This document shows, piece after piece, positions 1-8,222 of a stretch of DNA of 64,000 nt. Below the pieces are notes generated by a model. The model made no database searches. It was not told the DNA's origin and saw only the letters and a program-made list of their open reading frames with translations. Positions within the stretch are counted from its first letter, which is position 1. Each line of letters opens with the position of its first letter. Origin of the DNA: Methyloversatilis sp. (GTDB lineage: Bacteria > Pseudomonadota > Gammaproteobacteria > Burkholderiales > Rhodocyclaceae); assembly GCA_017984755.1 (NCBI GenBank), contig JAGNYW010000012.1, positions 9,942 through 73,941 of the forward strand, written 5' to 3'. A program made the position numbers and the translations under genes.

Positions 1-650
1 AAGAGAAGATCGGCGAGACGAACGCGCAGGCAAAGGAAAAGGAAGCCGAGCAGCTGGACGCAGAAGCCGTTTCTCTCGATGAGCAGATCAAGACGGCTGA
101 GCAGAGCATCAACAATGTGAAAGCGGAGCTGGCCAAGCCGGTGACGCTGCAGCTCGACATCTCCGAAGCGGAGAAGCAGATCAAGTCCCTGCAGGCGCAG
201 ATCGCCGCGCTGAGCACTCCGAAGGTTGGTGCCCCGACCGAATCCGGATCGACCGCACCAACGAGCGGCAGCGGAAGCGGCGCTTCCGGCAGCTTCGCCG
301 TCGGCGGCTACACCGGCCCGGGCGGGAAATACGAGCCCGCCGGCGTCGTCCATGCCGGCGAGTATGTGCTGCGCCAAGAGGTTGTCCGGCAACGCGGAAT
401 GCGTGGATTACTCGATTCCCTGAATCGTGACGGTGCGCGAGCCCTGCGCGGCTACGCGACGGGCGGTGCGGTCACCAGCATCCGAACCAGTGGGAGTGTT
501 TCTCCCGTTCGCGACGGTCTCAGCGACATGAAGAAAGCGGAGTTTGTATTTCCCGGCATCGGGAACGTGCCCGCGATTGTGGACCGACAGGTTGCGGAAA
601 GCCTATCGCGCCAGCTCCGCCGAGAAGCAGTTAAGGCCGGGCGGCGGTGA
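1..650 (+). CDS. phage tail tape-measure protein, C-terminal part (5' end outside window)
   Basis: The frame is open from base 3 ([19 protein letters not shown]...), so the N-terminus is off-window. A coiled-coil stretch is followed by [22 protein letters not shown]...RGYATGG, a motif I recognise from lambda gpH-type tape-measure proteins. Stop at 648-650. Confidence 0.55.
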   Translation, partial: EKIGETNAQAKEKEAEQLDAEAVSLDEQIKTAEQSINNVKAELAKPVTLQLDISEAEKQIKSLQAQIAALSTPKVGAPTESGSTAPTSGSGSGASGSFAVGGYTGPGGKYEPAGVVHAGEYVLRQEVVRQRGMRGLLDSLNRDGARALRGYATGGAVTSIRTSGSVSPVRDGLSDMKKAEFVFPGIGNVPAIVDRQVAESLSRQLRREAVKAGRR

Positions 651-690
651 GTGTGGACGCAGGCACCAACGCGAAAGGGAGGCCGTTACC

Positions 691-1089
691 GTGCAGAGGA
701 TCTTGAAAGAAATCGCCGCCGTAATCGGCCTGCCCGCATGCCTTGAGCTGGTTTCACGTTGGGGCGGACGAGATCTGTACGTTCCAGAGACCATCGATCG
801 CATGCACCCCATCGCATTCGCAATCGGGTTCGAATCCGCACAGAAGCTCAGCGGTGAATTTCCTTCCTGCATCTTGTCGCTTCCCATCGAGCGAAACGCA
901 ACCATCGACCTGCGCAACGAACTGATTTTCAAGGAATGGAAGGACGGCGCCAGCGTCCTGCGGCTCTCGCACCGATGGGGACTCACTCGACCTGGCATTG
1001 ACGCAGTGCTCGCCAAAATGAAGGAGCGGGAAGCGGACGCGCGACTGCGTAGCTCCAAACCCCCAAACGATGAACGCTACCCAGGATGA
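691..1089 (+). CDS. Mor-family phage transcriptional activator
   Basis: GTG at 691 is preceded by AAAGGGAGG. EIAAVIGLPACLELVSRWGGRDLYVP ... SVLRLSHRWGLTRPGIDAVL fits the Mu Mor-family layout with a C-terminal HTH. Confidence 0.6.
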   Translation: MQRILKEIAAVIGLPACLELVSRWGGRDLYVPETIDRMHPIAFAIGFESAQKLSGEFPSCILSLPIERNATIDLRNELIFKEWKDGASVLRLSHRWGLTRPGIDAVLAKMKEREADARLRSSKPPNDERYPG

Positions 1090-1591
1090 ACAACCCATGA
1101 AAAGCAAGACAGGCGCGGAGGCCGTCACCACGGCCCAATCTGAAGAGCAGGCACTAGATCTTCGACGAAGCGGGGCAAGTTATCGGGAGATCGCCAAGGC
1201 GCTGGATATGAGCCTCGGAAACGCGCACCGGTTGGTCAAACGCGCGCTGAACCGAAACCTGGCCAAGTGTGAAGAAATCGCGGTCGAGATCCGCACGCTC
1301 GAGCTTGACCGGCTGGATGCCCTTCAGACCTTCCTGTGGGAGAAGGCCAAGAAGGGCAACGCGACGGCCATCGATCGCATCCTGAAGATCATGGAGCGCC
1401 GAGCGCGGCTCTTGGGCCTCGACGCACCGCAGCGCATCGGCTTGGGGGGTGATCCTGATGCACCACCGGTACGACACGAGACGCACATAGCCGCCGAATT
1501 CACCGACGACGAACTCGCCGAGATGCTCAAACCATTTCCGCCAGCAGGTGATCCGCCGTTCTTCAACAACCGGCCTCACATTGGAGACTGA
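1070..1591 (+). CDS. phage HTH protein, possible small terminase subunit
   Basis: LDLRRSGASYREIAKALDMSLGNAHRLVKRAL is an HTH. It is followed by ELDRLDALQ...AIDRILKIMERRARLLGLD, a pattern common in phage small terminase subunits. The start is uncertain (1070 or 1097). Confidence 0.45.
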   Translation: MNATQDEQPMKSKTGAEAVTTAQSEEQALDLRRSGASYREIAKALDMSLGNAHRLVKRALNRNLAKCEEIAVEIRTLELDRLDALQTFLWEKAKKGNATAIDRILKIMERRARLLGLDAPQRIGLGGDPDAPPVRHETHIAAEFTDDELAEMLKPFPPAGDPPFFNNRPHIGD

Positions 1592-1939
1592 GACATGATC
1601 ACCATCGAAACCGCAGAGGCACCGGCCAAGCTCGAAACGCTGGAGATCGCCAAGCCGGACCATATCGGCGCCGGACATGAACACCCGAGCCGACCGCGAT
1701 ACCAAGCTGCACGCCATGGGGTTTCGACCTGACGAGGCATACATCAAGGCGACGTACGGCGAGGGCTGGAAGCCGCGCGCGGTCCGTGACTACGCCGAAC
1801 AGCAGCGCAATATGCCTGCCTCAAGCAGGGCCGGTTTTCTGGATTTCTGACCAAGAAGGTACTCGCGGCCAGAGGCGTGTCGACCAGAAGGACGTTCAGG
1901 AATCGGCTACACCTGGGCTACACGATCTCAGAAACGACA

Positions 1940-1963
1940 AAGCCAGCCCTCTCGAACTGGCTT
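1940..1963 (-). terminator. candidate stem-loop downstream of tRNA-Thr
   Basis: On the minus strand, AAGCCAG-TTCGAGAGGG-CTGGCTT is followed by a TGTCGTTTCT T-rich tail, about 17 nt past the tRNA 3' end. Confidence 0.35.
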
Positions 1964-1979
1964 AAGTCATTGAATTCAT

Positions 1980-2055
1980 TGGTGCCGCTTGTCGGAATCG
2001 AACTGACGACCTACCGCTTACAAGGCGGTTGCTCTACCAACTGAGCTAAAGCGGC
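1980..2055 (-). tRNA. tRNA-Thr (anticodon UGU)
   Basis: 76-nt cloverleaf read by hand. Acceptor GCCGCTT/AAGCGGC, D-stem GCTC/GAGC, anticodon stem ACCGC/GCGGT with loop CTTGTAA, T-loop TTCGATT, and an encoded CCA. The T-stem GTCAG/CCGAC has one A:C mismatch (52:62). Confidence 0.85.
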
Positions 2056-2064
2056 GCGCGGCGG

Positions 2065-2070
2065 ATTATA
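2065..2070 (-). promoter_or_regulatory. candidate -10 element for tRNA-Thr
   Basis: A perfect TATAAT on the minus strand lies 9 nt upstream of the mature tRNA 5' end, with a GC-rich discriminator CCGCCGC. No convincing -35 was found. Confidence 0.3.
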
Positions 2071-2167
2071 TCTGCAGTCTTGGCGCGATGGCGCACCCTC
2101 TTGCGGTGCACCACATCCGTCATGGATTAAACTCCGGCGATCGCCATCCAGCCATTCCATTTGCGCG

Positions 2168-3724
2168 TTGCACGGATGCACGCCGCAAGTGAAATACATG
2201 CCCATGCTCGACGCCGCCATGCACGCACCCGCTGCACCACGCACGCTGAATGTGCTGCTGATCGAGGATTCCGAAGACGACGCGATGCTGCTGCTGCATC
2301 GCTTCAGGCTGGCCGGCTATCAGGTCTGGGCGCAACGTGTCGAAGACGAACGCTCGCTGCGCGAGGCCCTCGCGTCGCGCACCTGGGACGTGGTGCTGTC
2401 GGACCACAACATGCCGCGCTTTTCGGCAATGGTTGCACTGGCGATCCTGCAGGAACTGGGTCTGGACCTTCCCTTCATCATCGTATCGGGCGTCATCGAG
2501 GAAGACATCGCCGTGTCGGCGATGCGAGCCGGCGCCCACGACTATCTGAGCAAGGGCAAACTCGACCGGCTGATCCCCGCCGTCGAGCGCGAAATGCGCG
2601 AAGCGCGCAATCGCGCGGAACGACACAGCGCGCTCGATGCGGTGCGCGACAGCGAAGCCCGCTTCCGCGCCCTCGCCGCCAACATTCCCGGCATGGTTTT
2701 CCAGCTGCTGCGCCACGACGACGGTGGCTGGCGCTTTCTGTTCGTAAGCGAAGGCTGCCTCGCATTGCTCGGATTCAAGTCCAGCGAACTGGTGGCGCAG
2801 CCGCGCCGCTTCCTCGACATGGTGCTGGCGGAGGACATGCCCGAACTGGAACGAGCGATGCACCTTTCGGCGCATACGCAATCCACCGTGAACTGGGACG
2901 GCCGCATCCGCTTGCCGGACGAGGACATCAAGTGGGTGAACCTGCGTTCGTCGCCGCGCCTGCTCGCTTCGGGCGTACTGATCTGGGAAGGCATCGTCTC
3001 CAACATCACGCAGAGCAAGCTGACCGAGCGCGAACTGCGCCAGTCACGCGGTCAACTGGCAGAACTGTCATCGCACCTGCAGATCGCGAAGGAAGAGGAG
3101 CGGGAACGCATTGCGCGCGACATTCACGACGAACTGGGCGGCCTGCTGGTGGCGCTGAAATTCGAGGTGTCGCTGCTCGCCAACAAGACTGCGGTCGATC
3201 TCACCGCCATCAAGGCACGTTCGCAGAGCATGGGCAAGCTGGTCGATGACGCTATCAGCACGGTCGGGCGGATCGCGCGCGAACTGCGGCCCGGCATCCT
3301 GAAGGAATTCGGACTCGCGCCGGCCGTCGAGAGCCATGCGGAAGACTTTTCTGCGCGCACCGGGCTGAAGTGCGAGTTGTTGTGCATCGATCACGACATC
3401 GACCCGGACGAAGAAACCGCGATCGCACTGTTCCGCGTGTTCCAGGAGGCGCTGACGAATGTATCCAAGCACTCCGGCGCGCACAAGGTCGAAGTCAGGC
3501 TGACCCAGGAGGACGACGACATCGTGCTGGAAATCGGCGACGACGGACGCGGACTGGCGCCGGAAGACCTGAACAAACCCAAGTCGTTCGGCCTGCGCGG
3601 CATACGCGAGCGGGTCGCTCATCTGAATGGCCGATTCGAGGCGAGCAGCCGCGAACACGGCGGTACCCGACTGTTGCTGCGCGTGCCGGCGTGCCGAAGA
3701 ACCGTACTGGAGTTTTCCCGATGA
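2168..3724 (+). CDS. hybrid sensor kinase: N-terminal receiver, PAS, HisKA_3 and HATPase domains
   Basis: The receiver is LNVLLIEDSEDDAMLL...VLSDHNMPRFSA...DYLSKGKL. A PAS-like region follows (FRALAANIPGMVFQL...). The HisKA_3 H-box is RIARDIHDELGGLL, with N/G boxes (FQEALTNVSKH, DDGRGL, GLRGIRERV). The start could be 2168, 2198 or 2219. Confidence 0.85.
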   Translation: MHGCTPQVKYMPMLDAAMHAPAAPRTLNVLLIEDSEDDAMLLLHRFRLAGYQVWAQRVEDERSLREALASRTWDVVLSDHNMPRFSAMVALAILQELGLDLPFIIVSGVIEEDIAVSAMRAGAHDYLSKGKLDRLIPAVEREMREARNRAERHSALDAVRDSEARFRALAANIPGMVFQLLRHDDGGWRFLFVSEGCLALLGFKSSELVAQPRRFLDMVLAEDMPELERAMHLSAHTQSTVNWDGRIRLPDEDIKWVNLRSSPRLLASGVLIWEGIVSNITQSKLTERELRQSRGQLAELSSHLQIAKEEERERIARDIHDELGGLLVALKFEVSLLANKTAVDLTAIKARSQSMGKLVDDAISTVGRIARELRPGILKEFGLAPAVESHAEDFSARTGLKCELLCIDHDIDPDEETAIALFRVFQEALTNVSKHSGAHKVEVRLTQEDDDIVLEIGDDGRGLAPEDLNKPKSFGLRGIRERVAHLNGRFEASSREHGGTRLLLRVPACRRTVLEFSR

Positions 3725-4362
3725 GCAGCAGCATCCGCATTCTGATTGCCGACGACCACGCAATCGTGCGTTCGGGCCTGCGCCAGATTCTCTCCGACAG
3801 CCCGGACCTGGTCGTGACCGGCGAGGCCGAGAACGGCGTCGAAGCGATGCACAAGCTGCGCGACGGCAATTTCGACCTGGTGCTGATGGACGTGTCGATG
3901 CCCGACCGCAACGGCATCGACACGCTGAAGCTGGTGCGCAAGGAGTTCCCCAAGCTCCCGGTGCTGGTGCTGTCGATGCATCCGGAGGAGCAATACGCGA
4001 TCCGCGCACTCAAGGCCGGTGCATCCGGCTACCTGACCAAGCAAAGCGCGCCTGAGCAACTGGTAACCGCCATCCGTCAGGTCGCCAGCGGCAAGAAATA
4101 CGTTTCGCCCTCGCTGGCGATGGAACTGGCTAACGCCATTACCGATGACGACGAACGACCGCCGCACGAAAAACTGTCGGATCGCGAATATCAGACGCTG
4201 GTGATGATTGCCTCGGGCAAGACGCTGACGCAGATCGGTGAAGAACTGAGCCTGAGCGTCAAGACAGTCAGCGTCTATCGCGCGCGTCTGCTGGAGAAGA
4301 TGCGCATGAAGAACAACGCCGAACTGACGCATTACGGCCTGAAACATGGCCTGACCGATTGA
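3721..4362 (+). CDS. NarL/FixJ-family response regulator (REC plus LuxR-type HTH)
   Basis: MSSSIRILIADDHAIVRSGL...DLVLMDVSMPDRNG; C-terminal LSDREYQTLVMIASGKTLTQIGEELSLSVKTVSVYRARLLEKM. The ATG overlaps the kinase stop (ATGA). Confidence 0.9.
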   Translation: MSSSIRILIADDHAIVRSGLRQILSDSPDLVVTGEAENGVEAMHKLRDGNFDLVLMDVSMPDRNGIDTLKLVRKEFPKLPVLVLSMHPEEQYAIRALKAGASGYLTKQSAPEQLVTAIRQVASGKKYVSPSLAMELANAITDDDERPPHEKLSDREYQTLVMIASGKTLTQIGEELSLSVKTVSVYRARLLEKMRMKNNAELTHYGLKHGLTD

Positions 4363-4433
4363 ACGGCCTCGATCGGCAACCACGGCAGCCGAAGGCCCGA
4401 ATTGCGTGGCACAGGCGAATTAAGCAAATGCCC

Positions 4434-4460
4434 TAAAGGCGTGCCGCCTCGTGCCGTTGA
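4434..4460 (+). promoter_or_regulatory. candidate sigma-28 (FliA) promoter upstream of the GGDEF gene
   Basis: TAAAGGCG-N11-GCCGTTGA compared with the consensus TAAAGTTT-N11-GCCGATAA. The spacing is exact and the -10 element ends 35 nt before the ATG at 4496. Confidence 0.45.
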
Positions 4461-4495
4461 TTGCATTCGTCAAGGATTGTTAGCAACGCATCCAA

Positions 4496-6250
4496 ATGTC
4501 AGACGCCATGCAACCGCTCGAAATAGCCCGTGAAGCATTGCGACGCTTAGCCATGCGTCAGCTCCAGCCCACGCCGGAGAATTACCGCTCCCTTTATCAC
4601 GAGATCGCAGGCACCAAGGCCGACGATCTCTTTCCGGAGCGGGCGCTCAAGCTCGTCTGCAGCACACTCCCGCGACTGAATCAGGCCCAGGTGGAATTCG
4701 CCGAACGCCTCGAAACAGCCGTCGCCAGCCGGAGCTGGTCGGCCATCAGCGAATCGCTGGTCGGTCTGCTGCGCGCACAGGCGGCCCCTCAGCGAAAATG
4801 GACGGCTCTGCTCAAGGATCTTTTCAAGCGATTCGAGCGACCGCACGCATCGCTGAGCCATGCACAGAAGCAACAGGTCATTCAGCAACTGCTCGATTCG
4901 TCGAACGGAGAACTGGATGTCCTCTACACCCGCCTGAGCAAGCTAGCCGACACATGGGAATCGATCGAAACGACCGCCAGAACGGCGCACCCCCATCCCG
5001 AAGACGTTGCAGCGTCCGGTCCGCTGGACAACAGTGACGCCGCGCTGCGGGAGCTGTTTGCAAGCACGCTCGAAGGTGTGGTCGGCAGCCTTCTGATCAC
5101 CGCACCCGAATTGCGTGATGAAGCGCATGAACTCGGTCAGCTGCTGCGCGGCGTACGCGACATGAGCGGTGTCGATGATCTGGCTGCCAAGCTGCGCAAT
5201 CTGATCTACCGCCTCAACTGGGTGGTCGACGATCAACTGGAAATACGGTCGGGGCTGCTTTCACTGCTCGACCTCCTGCTCAAGAACATCGGCGAACTGG
5301 TGATCGACGACCGCTGGATGCGCGGTCAGATCGACGCCCTCCGCACTCTGTGCGATCACCCTCTGACCGCACGAGAGCTCGATGAAGTCGAGCGCAGGCT
5401 GCGTGGCGTGATAGAACGGCAGGGCTCGCTGCGCGGCAACATCGATGACGCCAAGCATCAGATCAAGCTGATGCTCGCCGGCTTTGTGGAACAGCTCGGC
5501 AGTTTCAGCGACGCGACCTCCGGTTTCAGCGACCGGATGGAAAACTACGCCAACACCATTGCAGCGGCGGACGATATCGGTGCGCTGCAGAGCGTGATCG
5601 CGGAAGTCATCGCAACCACGCACGACATGCGGGCAACCAGCGATCGCTCACGCGCCGAAGTCGACAACATGCGCGACCGGGTACGCGCGGCGGAAGCAGA
5701 GATCGAACGGCTGCAGATAGAACTCGAGCAGACCAGCGAGAAAATGCGCCACGACCCGCTGACCGGTGCCCTCAACCGGAAAGGTCTTGAAGAATCGTAT
5801 GCCAAGGAAGTATCGCGTGCGGCGCGGCGCGGCTCCAATCTTTGTCTCGCGGTGCTGGACATCGACAACTTCAAGCGCCTCAACGACACGTACGGTCACA
5901 ACACGGGTGACGAGGCGCTGCTGCATCTGGTTGGAACCGTGCGTGACTGCCTGCGGCCCCATGACACCCTGTCGCGCTACGGCGGCGAAGAGTTCGTGAT
6001 CCTGCTGCCCGAAACATCGATCGAGGATTCAGTCATCGTGGTGCAGCGGCTGCAGCGGGAACTGACAAAGCGCTACTTTCTGGCCAACAACGACAAGCTG
6101 CTGATCACATTCAGCGCGGGCGTCACCGTAGTCGGGCATGAAGAGCCGCAAACGCTCGCCATCGAGCGGGCCGATGTGGCCATGTATCAAGCCAAGGCGA
6201 CCGGCAAGAACCGCGTCGTCATTGCACCGGCAGCACAGATGGCCGCCTGA
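4496..6250 (+). CDS. diguanylate cyclase (GGDEF) with a long N-terminal helical/coiled-coil sensor region
   Basis: C-terminal DPLTGALNRKGLEE...LAVLDIDNFKRLNDTYGHNTGDEAL...RPHDTLSRYGGEEF. The GGEEF active site is present, with an RxxD I-site 5 residues upstream. Confidence 0.85.
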   Translation: MSDAMQPLEIAREALRRLAMRQLQPTPENYRSLYHEIAGTKADDLFPERALKLVCSTLPRLNQAQVEFAERLETAVASRSWSAISESLVGLLRAQAAPQRKWTALLKDLFKRFERPHASLSHAQKQQVIQQLLDSSNGELDVLYTRLSKLADTWESIETTARTAHPHPEDVAASGPLDNSDAALRELFASTLEGVVGSLLITAPELRDEAHELGQLLRGVRDMSGVDDLAAKLRNLIYRLNWVVDDQLEIRSGLLSLLDLLLKNIGELVIDDRWMRGQIDALRTLCDHPLTARELDEVERRLRGVIERQGSLRGNIDDAKHQIKLMLAGFVEQLGSFSDATSGFSDRMENYANTIAAADDIGALQSVIAEVIATTHDMRATSDRSRAEVDNMRDRVRAAEAEIERLQIELEQTSEKMRHDPLTGALNRKGLEESYAKEVSRAARRGSNLCLAVLDIDNFKRLNDTYGHNTGDEALLHLVGTVRDCLRPHDTLSRYGGEEFVILLPETSIEDSVIVVQRLQRELTKRYFLANNDKLLITFSAGVTVVGHEEPQTLAIERADVAMYQAKATGKNRVVIAPAAQMAA

Positions 6251-6279
6251 CGTCGTTCGATCATCCGAACTCCACTCCG

Positions 6280-6306
6280 ACGCCGCCTCACAGCGGCGTT
6301 TTTTCT
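6280..6306 (+). terminator. rho-independent terminator after the GGDEF gene
   Basis: ACGCCGC-CTCACA-GCGGCGT followed by TTTTTTCTT. Confidence 0.6.
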
Positions 6307-6554
6307 TCCCGGCAGCCAATGCAACCATTCGCCGAACGTACGCGAAACGGCGTTCCACTCACATTCCGCAACAGTCTCGGGGCACGACAAACGGAGGTTT
6401 CGGGCGCCACCGGCAGAAACCTTGCAGGCAAAGATGCAGATCGCGGCAACCTTCTCTCTGCACAAACGCTCCCGAAGCCCGCACAGGCACGCCATTTCTC
6501 GAGGGTGCACGCCTGAAAGCCAATACGAGAAAGGCTTTCGTTAAGGTGCTCCAC

Positions 6555-6581
6555 TAAAGTTTCGAGCTGCACCTCCGTTAC
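6555..6581 (+). promoter_or_regulatory. candidate sigma-28 promoter of fliC
   Basis: TAAAGTTT (a perfect -35) -N11- TCCGTTAC, 83 nt upstream of the fliC ATG. Confidence 0.5.
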
Positions 6582-6663
6582 TTGAAACATCGGCGACATC
6601 AACGCCGGGCCATGTAGCCCAGAGCGCCGTAACCACACACCACTTCGTGACAGGAGAATCAAA

Positions 6664-8157
6664 ATGCCGCAAATCATCAATAGCAACGTTTCGTCGCTGA
6701 CCGCACAACGCAACCTCAACTCTTCGCAAACCTCGCTTGCCACGTCGCTCCAGCGACTTTCTTCCGGCCTGCGCATCAACAGTGCCAAGGACGACGCCGC
6801 CGGCCTCGCAATCTCGGAGCGCATGACCTCGCAGGTTCGCGGCCTCAACCAGGCTGTACGCAATGCCAACGACGCCATCTCGCTGACGCAGACGGCCGAA
6901 GGCGCGATGGGCTCGATCACCGAAGGCCTGCAGCGCATGCGTGAATTGTCGGTTCAGGCTGCCAATGACTCGAACAGCGCCAGCGACCGCCAGGCACTGC
7001 AGCAGGAAGTTTCGCAGCTGCAGCAGGAAATCAACCGCGTCGCCTCGACGACGCAGTTCAACGGCAAAAACCTGCTCGACGGTTCGTTCTCCGGTCAGTA
7101 CTTCCAGGTCGGCGCGAACGCCAACCAGTCGCTCGGTATCAGCCTGGCCAACACGAAGGCGACGAACATCGGCGCCAACACGGTGACGGCCAGCGGCACG
7201 CTGAACAACTCTGCAGCCCTCGCAGCCGGTGCCGGCGCCCGTGTCGCCAATACCGTCGTTGCAGCGGAAGACCTGACGGTGACCGGTTCCCTCGGTACTG
7301 CAGCCGTTACGGTCAATGCCGCTGACACCGCCAAGGCTGTCGCCGCATCGGTCAATGCACAGAGCGCCACCACCGGTGTGAGCGCAACGGCAGCGACCGA
7401 AGCGACCCTGAGTGGCCTGACTGCCGCCGGCACGTTCTCCTTCACGCTGTTCGGCGATAACGCCACCGGTGTGGCTGTCTCGGCAACGATCGGCAATACG
7501 GCCGACCTGAGTTCGCTCTCGACCGCCATCAACAACTATGCAGCGACAACCGGCATCACTGCTACGGTCAGCGGTGGTTCGGTCACGCTGAAGTCGGATA
7601 CGGGCGCTGACATCTCGATCAGCGACTTCACCGGTGCCGGCAACATCAGCCTGCAGGGCCGCAACGCCTTCACCAGTGCAACAGCCGGTGCAGCGGTTGT
7701 CCTGACCGGTGCGACGGCAACCACCGACTCCTCGACAGTCGGCGGCACGCTGAAGTTCACGTCGTCTGACGCCTTCTCGGTCACGAGCGCATCGGCCGGT
7801 GGTCTTTTCACCGCCACCACGGCAAACGCCAGCGCGCTGTCGTCGGTTGCTTCGATCAGCGTCGGTACGCAAACCGGTGCCAACGCAGCGATCGACGTCA
7901 TCGACGCCGCCCTGCAGTCGATCAACACGCAACGCGCCTCGCTGGGTGCCATCCAGAATCGCGTGCAGAACACGATCAGCAACCTGCAGACCACGTCGGA
8001 AAACGTCAGCGCAGCCCGCAGCCGCATCCAGGACGCCGATTTCGCGATGGAAACCGCCAATCTGACCCGTGCGCAGATCCTGCAGCAAGCCGGTACTGCG
8101 ATGCTGGCGCAAGCCAACTCGCTGCCGCAGAACGTGCTCAGCCTGCTCCGCGGCTAA
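6664..8157 (+). CDS. fliC: flagellin
   Basis: N-terminus MPQIINSNVSSLTAQRNLN...LSSGLRINSAKDDAAGLAISERM and C-terminus SLGAIQNRVQNTISNLQT...TRAQILQQAGTAMLAQANSLPQNVLSLLRG are canonical D0/D1 flagellin segments. AGGAG lies upstream. Confidence 0.95.
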   Translation: MPQIINSNVSSLTAQRNLNSSQTSLATSLQRLSSGLRINSAKDDAAGLAISERMTSQVRGLNQAVRNANDAISLTQTAEGAMGSITEGLQRMRELSVQAANDSNSASDRQALQQEVSQLQQEINRVASTTQFNGKNLLDGSFSGQYFQVGANANQSLGISLANTKATNIGANTVTASGTLNNSAALAAGAGARVANTVVAAEDLTVTGSLGTAAVTVNAADTAKAVAASVNAQSATTGVSATAATEATLSGLTAAGTFSFTLFGDNATGVAVSATIGNTADLSSLSTAINNYAATTGITATVSGGSVTLKSDTGADISISDFTGAGNISLQGRNAFTSATAGAAVVLTGATATTDSSTVGGTLKFTSSDAFSVTSASAGGLFTATTANASALSSVASISVGTQTGANAAIDVIDAALQSINTQRASLGAIQNRVQNTISNLQTTSENVSAARSRIQDADFAMETANLTRAQILQQAGTAMLAQANSLPQNVLSLLRG

Positions 8158-8176
8158 GTAGCCGCAACTGAAGAAA

Positions 8177-8200
8177 CGGGGCACGGTCCGCCGTGCCCCG
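8177..8200 (+). terminator. strong stem-loop after fliC (no U-tract)
   Basis: CGGGGCACGG-TCCG-CCGTGCCCCG, a 10-bp stem. It lacks a T-run, so it may be a partial terminator or an mRNA-stabilising hairpin. Confidence 0.35.
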
Positions 8201-8222
8201 CACATCGCAAGGGGAAATCGTC

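Larger units (their letters stand above)
1..1930. mobile_element. degraded prophage segment abutting the 3' side of tRNA-Thr
   Basis: Contains a tape-measure fragment, a Mor-family regulator, a small-terminase-like HTH protein and short frame-broken ORFs (1595-1850), in a non-canonical order. No large terminase, complete portal or integrase is present in the window. The segment ends next to the tRNA 3' end. Confidence 0.5.

Noticed and set aside
2089-2104. Sigma-54-like TGGCGCACCCTCTTGC upstream of the REC-PAS kinase
   Set aside because: The GG-to-GC spacing is one nucleotide too long. RpoN promoters tolerate essentially no spacing change.
6485-6500. Sigma-54-like AGGCACGCCATTTCTC upstream of fliC
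   Set aside because: The -24 half is good, but the invariant GC of the -12 element is replaced by CT.
6541-8205. 554-aa ORF antisense to fliC
   Set aside because: It is fully antisense to a canonical flagellin gene. Its Arg/Gly/Ala-rich composition is typical of stop-free antisense frames in high-GC DNA, and I recognise no family signature.
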